NCBI GenBank assembly: GCA_044220955.1
Contig: JBGAQA010000013.1
Span: 1 to 10,418, forward strand
Length of the DNA: 10,418 nucleotides
Origin: Sandaracinaceae bacterium
GTDB taxonomy: Bacteria > Myxococcota_A > Polyangia > Polyangiales > Sandaracinaceae
Reading direction: 5' to 3'
Below, in pieces: positions 8,056-10,418 of the stretch. Numbering within the stretch: position 1 is the first letter of the stretch; the number at the start of each line of letters is the position of its first letter. The notes under the pieces were generated by a model. It was given only the letters and a program-made list of their open reading frames with translations. It was not told the DNA's origin and searched no databases. The position numbers were made by a program, and so were the translations under genes.

Positions 8056-8146
8056 GCGGCGGGGGTGGGTGCCCCGTTGTTGAGCGCGCGACGACACCGC
8101 CGTTCGTGTCGTTGCAGCGAAGCAACGGGGTACCCGCCCTCGCCGC
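8056..8146 (+). repeat. 91-nt long inverted repeat / rod hairpin between convergent genes
   Basis: 26-bp outer stem 8056-8081/8121-8146 (22 Watson-Crick + 4 G-T); tandem GA/GA plus 2 bp; 10-bp inner stem 8088-8097/8106-8115; 8-nt loop. Confidence 0.85.
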
Positions 8147-8190
8147 GGCCCGCTCGGTTCGGCCCGTCTCAGTACGCTCCGGTCACGACA

Positions 8191-8796
8191 CTACGCGAGC
8201 GGGGACTCGCAGAGCTCCCGTCGGCCGCAGCCGGCGCACTCGCCGCCGTTCCACAGGTGCTCGTAGAGGGACTGGATCTCGTCGAGCATCGCCTCGTCCT
8301 CGGTGACGATGCCGAGCTCGAAATTGCGGTTGCGCTCGGATTTCGCGCCGAGGCCGGCGCCGGTCCAGTTGGCGCTGCCGAGGTAGAGCGTGCGGCCGTC
8401 GACGATCACGCACTTGAGGTGGATGCGCGGGCACATGCGGATCTGCAAGCCGCCCTTCGTGAGCCGTGGGTGGCGCTCGAGCTCGTCCCGAAACGGGCGC
8501 GAGGGGAGCTCGGCGTGCAAGAGGCGGAGCTCGACCCCACGCATGGCGAGCTCGTCGAGCACCTCGAGGACGCTGCCGAAGATCGCGCGCCGGCCGACGC
8601 GGGAGCGCTCGACCAGCATCTCCTTCACGTTGGCGGTCGCGATCCAGACCGACACCTTCGCGTCCCGCACGGCGGCGACCACGCGCTCGAGGTGACCACG
8701 CCCTCCGACGAGCGAGAGGCGGACGGGCCGCTCGTCTCGCACGAAGTCGGCCGGGGACGGCGCGGCAAAGATCGGCAGGCGCCGCGCCCGCCTCAC
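8191..8796 (-). CDS. Phospholipase D superfamily protein, single HKD domain (Nuc-like), with C-terminal Cys cluster, 201 aa
   Basis: HLKCVIVD-x6-GSAN (HxKx4Dx6GSxN; HKD at 8398-8421), downstream RNFELGI, C-terminal C-x2-C-x5-C. GTG start overlaps the upstream TGA (GTGA, 8796-8793). Confidence 0.9.
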   Translation of the reverse strand: MRRARRLPIFAAPSPADFVRDERPVRLSLVGGRGHLERVVAAVRDAKVSVWIATANVKEMLVERSRVGRRAIFGSVLEVLDELAMRGVELRLLHAELPSRPFRDELERHPRLTKGGLQIRMCPRIHLKCVIVDGRTLYLGSANWTGAGLGAKSERNRNFELGIVTEDEAMLDEIQSLYEHLWNGGECAGCGRRELCESPLA

Positions 8797-9764
8797 CGCG
8801 GCGCCTCGCCCCAGGTCGGCACGAGGTGGAGCGGCTGCTTGCCGTCGAGCACGCGCGCCGCGTCGATGAGGGCCATGCAGGCCATCCGCGAGCGCGCCTC
8901 GAGGGTCGCGCTGCCGAGGTGCGGCAGGAGCACCACGTTCGCGCGGCCGATCAGGCCCGGATGCACGCGCGGCTCGTCCTCGTACACGTCGAGCCCGGCG
9001 CCCCCGATCACGCCCCGCTCGAGCGCGCGCACCAGCGCGGCCTCGTCGAGGACCGTCCCGCGCGAAGTGTTCACCAGGATCGCGCCCGGCTTCATGCGCG
9101 CGAGCTGCGCGTCACCGATCAGGTGCCGTGTCGCCGGCGAGCCCGGGCAGTGCAGCGTGACGAAGTCGCTCTCCTCGAGCAGGCGCGAGAGCGGCGCGTG
9201 CGTCGCGGTCCCGTCCGGCGAGAAGGGCTGATCGTCGCGCTCGGCCGCGATGACCCGCATCCCGAAGGCCGCGGCGCGCCGCGCGATCGCCCGCCCGATG
9301 CGGCCGTAGCCGACGACTCCGAGCGTCTTTCCGTCGAGCTCGACGCCGAGCAGCATGGTCGGCGACCAGCCCCGGAACGCGCCCGCGCGCACCGTCGCCT
9401 CGCCCTCGTGGAAGCGCCGGGCGACCGCGAGCAGGAGGCCGAACGCGAGCTCGGCGGTGGACTCCGTCAGGGTGTCGGGCGTGTGCGTGACGAGCACGTC
9501 GCGCGCGCGGCACGCGTCGACGTCCACGTTGTCGAAGCCGACGGCCATCTGCGCGACGATCGCGAGGTCCGGCAGCCGGTCGAGCAGCGCAGCGTCGATC
9601 CGATCGGTGACGAGCGACACGATCGCGCGCGCTCCCCGGGCGTGCAGCGCGATCTCGTCGCGCGTCGGCGGACGATCCTCCGCGAACACGATCGCCTCGT
9701 GCGCGGCGCCGAGGATCTCGCTCGGGTCGACGGGGAGCGCTCGCGTGATGAAGACGCGGCTCAT
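8793..9764 (-). CDS. D-isomer-specific 2-hydroxyacid dehydrogenase (D-glycerate dehydrogenase / glyoxylate-hydroxypyruvate reductase-like), 323 aa
   Basis: RVFITR; AVGFDNVD; TPDTLTESTAE; Rossmann GVVGYGRIG; LHCP; MKPGAILVNTSRG (Arg); GAGLDVYEDEP (Glu); LPHLGSAT (His). GGAGG at 9773-9769 on the - strand precedes ATG 9764. Confidence 0.93.
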   Translation of the reverse strand: MSRVFITRALPVDPSEILGAAHEAIVFAEDRPPTRDEIALHARGARAIVSLVTDRIDAALLDRLPDLAIVAQMAVGFDNVDVDACRARDVLVTHTPDTLTESTAELAFGLLLAVARRFHEGEATVRAGAFRGWSPTMLLGVELDGKTLGVVGYGRIGRAIARRAAAFGMRVIAAERDDQPFSPDGTATHAPLSRLLEESDFVTLHCPGSPATRHLIGDAQLARMKPGAILVNTSRGTVLDEAALVRALERGVIGGAGLDVYEDEPRVHPGLIGRANVVLLPHLGSATLEARSRMACMALIDAARVLDGKQPLHLVPTWGEAPR

Positions 9765-9783
9765 CGCCCCTCCCCCGCGCGCA

Positions 9784-10418
9784 TCACTTGCGCACGCGGT
9801 GCTTGCTCCACTCCTCGACGAACTCCCAGTCGGCGACGAGCCCCTTGCGCATCAGCACGAGGAGCAGCGAGGCGAACATCGCCTCCCAGTGCGGCTCGGG
9901 CAGCACGCGCGAGACGTCCTTGCCCTGCGTACGCGCGAGGAGCGCGCTCACGAGGTCGCGGGTGGTGAGACGCTCCTCGTGCTCCTCGGACGACTCGCTC
10001 CCGGGCGCCGGAAGGCGGACCTTCGATCCGTCGAGCAGGGTCAGCGTGATCATCTTCGGGCCCTTCTTCTTCTTCTTCGCCGGGGCCACGGGCTCCGGTG
10101 CGGGCGCCGTCTCGGAGGGGGCCGGGCTCGCGGACGCGCCCCCGCCGGCACTCCCTTCCTCGATCCGAGGCACGTCCGGGACGTTGGGGGTGGGGGCGAT
10201 CGAGACGTGGATGTCGGGCTCGTCCTCTTCGATCACGATGTCCGCGTACGACATCGGCGGGATGGACGGGATCAGCGCCTTCTTCTCCACACGCGGTGTC
10301 GGCGCCGGCAGCTCCCGTCCGTAGTACGCGCGAACGGCGTTCCGTACGTCCGTGGAGCCGGCGACCATCGGCTTCACCGGCATCCCGACGTGGGTGCTCA
10401 CGAGCCCGAGCGAGACCT
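9784..10418 (-). CDS. 5'-truncated protein: end of a GspE/PilB N-terminal (T2SSE_N/MshEN-associated) domain, Pro/acidic linker, small C-terminal helical domain, no ATPase domain
   Basis: The frame is open to the window edge (..VSLGLVSTHVGMPVKPMVAGSTDVRNAVRAYYG), matching the G..V.P.VA..sdI..ai..YY ending of GspE/PilB N-domains. This is followed by a low-complexity linker with PAKKKKK, then ASLLLVLMRKGLVADWEFVEE. Stop TGA at 9786-9784. Confidence 0.7.
   Translation of the reverse strand, partial: VSLGLVSTHVGMPVKPMVAGSTDVRNAVRAYYGRELPAPTPRVEKKALIPSIPPMSYADIVIEEDEPDIHVSIAPTPNVPDVPRIEEGSAGGGASASPAPSETAPAPEPVAPAKKKKKGPKMITLTLLDGSKVRLPAPGSESSEEHEERLTTRDLVSALLARTQGKDVSRVLPEPHWEAMFASLLLVLMRKGLVADWEFVEEWSKHRVRK

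Noticed and set aside
8045..8163. Integron attC site (GTTCAAC at 8045-8051 and GTTCGGC at 8157-8163 bracket the rod hairpin)
   Set aside because: One R box is imperfect, spacers are asymmetric (4 versus 10 nt), the stem lacks the extrahelical bases of L boxes, and there is no integrase or cassette array. An IntegronFinder run would settle it.
7932..8190. Retron msr-msd, CRISPR array or tRNA in the hairpin block
   Set aside because: No reverse transcriptase or cas genes in the window, no regularly spaced direct repeats, and no cloverleaf or T-loop consensus.
8065..10324. + strand ORFs 8065-9231, 8466-9968 and 9788-10324
   Set aside because: Antisense shadows of the - strand operon, whose products carry clear family motifs.

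Overview
Very GC-rich bacterial window; gene content and protein families suggest Myxococcota (Polyangiales/Sandaracinus-like), which is an inference. The + strand carries a class II adenosylcobalamin-dependent ribonucleotide reductase (nrdJ, start re-called at GTG 240). This is followed by a densely structured ~250-nt intergenic region ending in an intrinsic terminator, a zinc-ribbon/2-TM membrane protein, uvrB, and a WG-repeat beta-propeller lipoprotein split by a single-base frameshift at ~7077-7080. A second hairpin-rich intergenic region separates these from a convergent - strand operon: a 5'-truncated GspE/PilB N-terminal-domain protein, a D-2-hydroxyacid (glyoxylate/hydroxypyruvate reductase-like) dehydrogenase, and a single-HKD PLD-family protein with a C-terminal Cys cluster. 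Most notable non-obvious signals: (i) a 91-nt rod hairpin whose stem deviations are all G-T/G-U on one strand, next to C-GNA-G mini-hairpins; (ii) motifs shared by the two intergenic elements, suggesting a dispersed structured repeat family; (iii) three consecutive genes with a -10-like hexamer exactly 6 nt before the start codon and no Shine-Dalgarno, consistent with leaderless transcription; (iv) the frameshifted lipoprotein. No mobile-element enzyme, CRISPR array or RNA gene was recognised.
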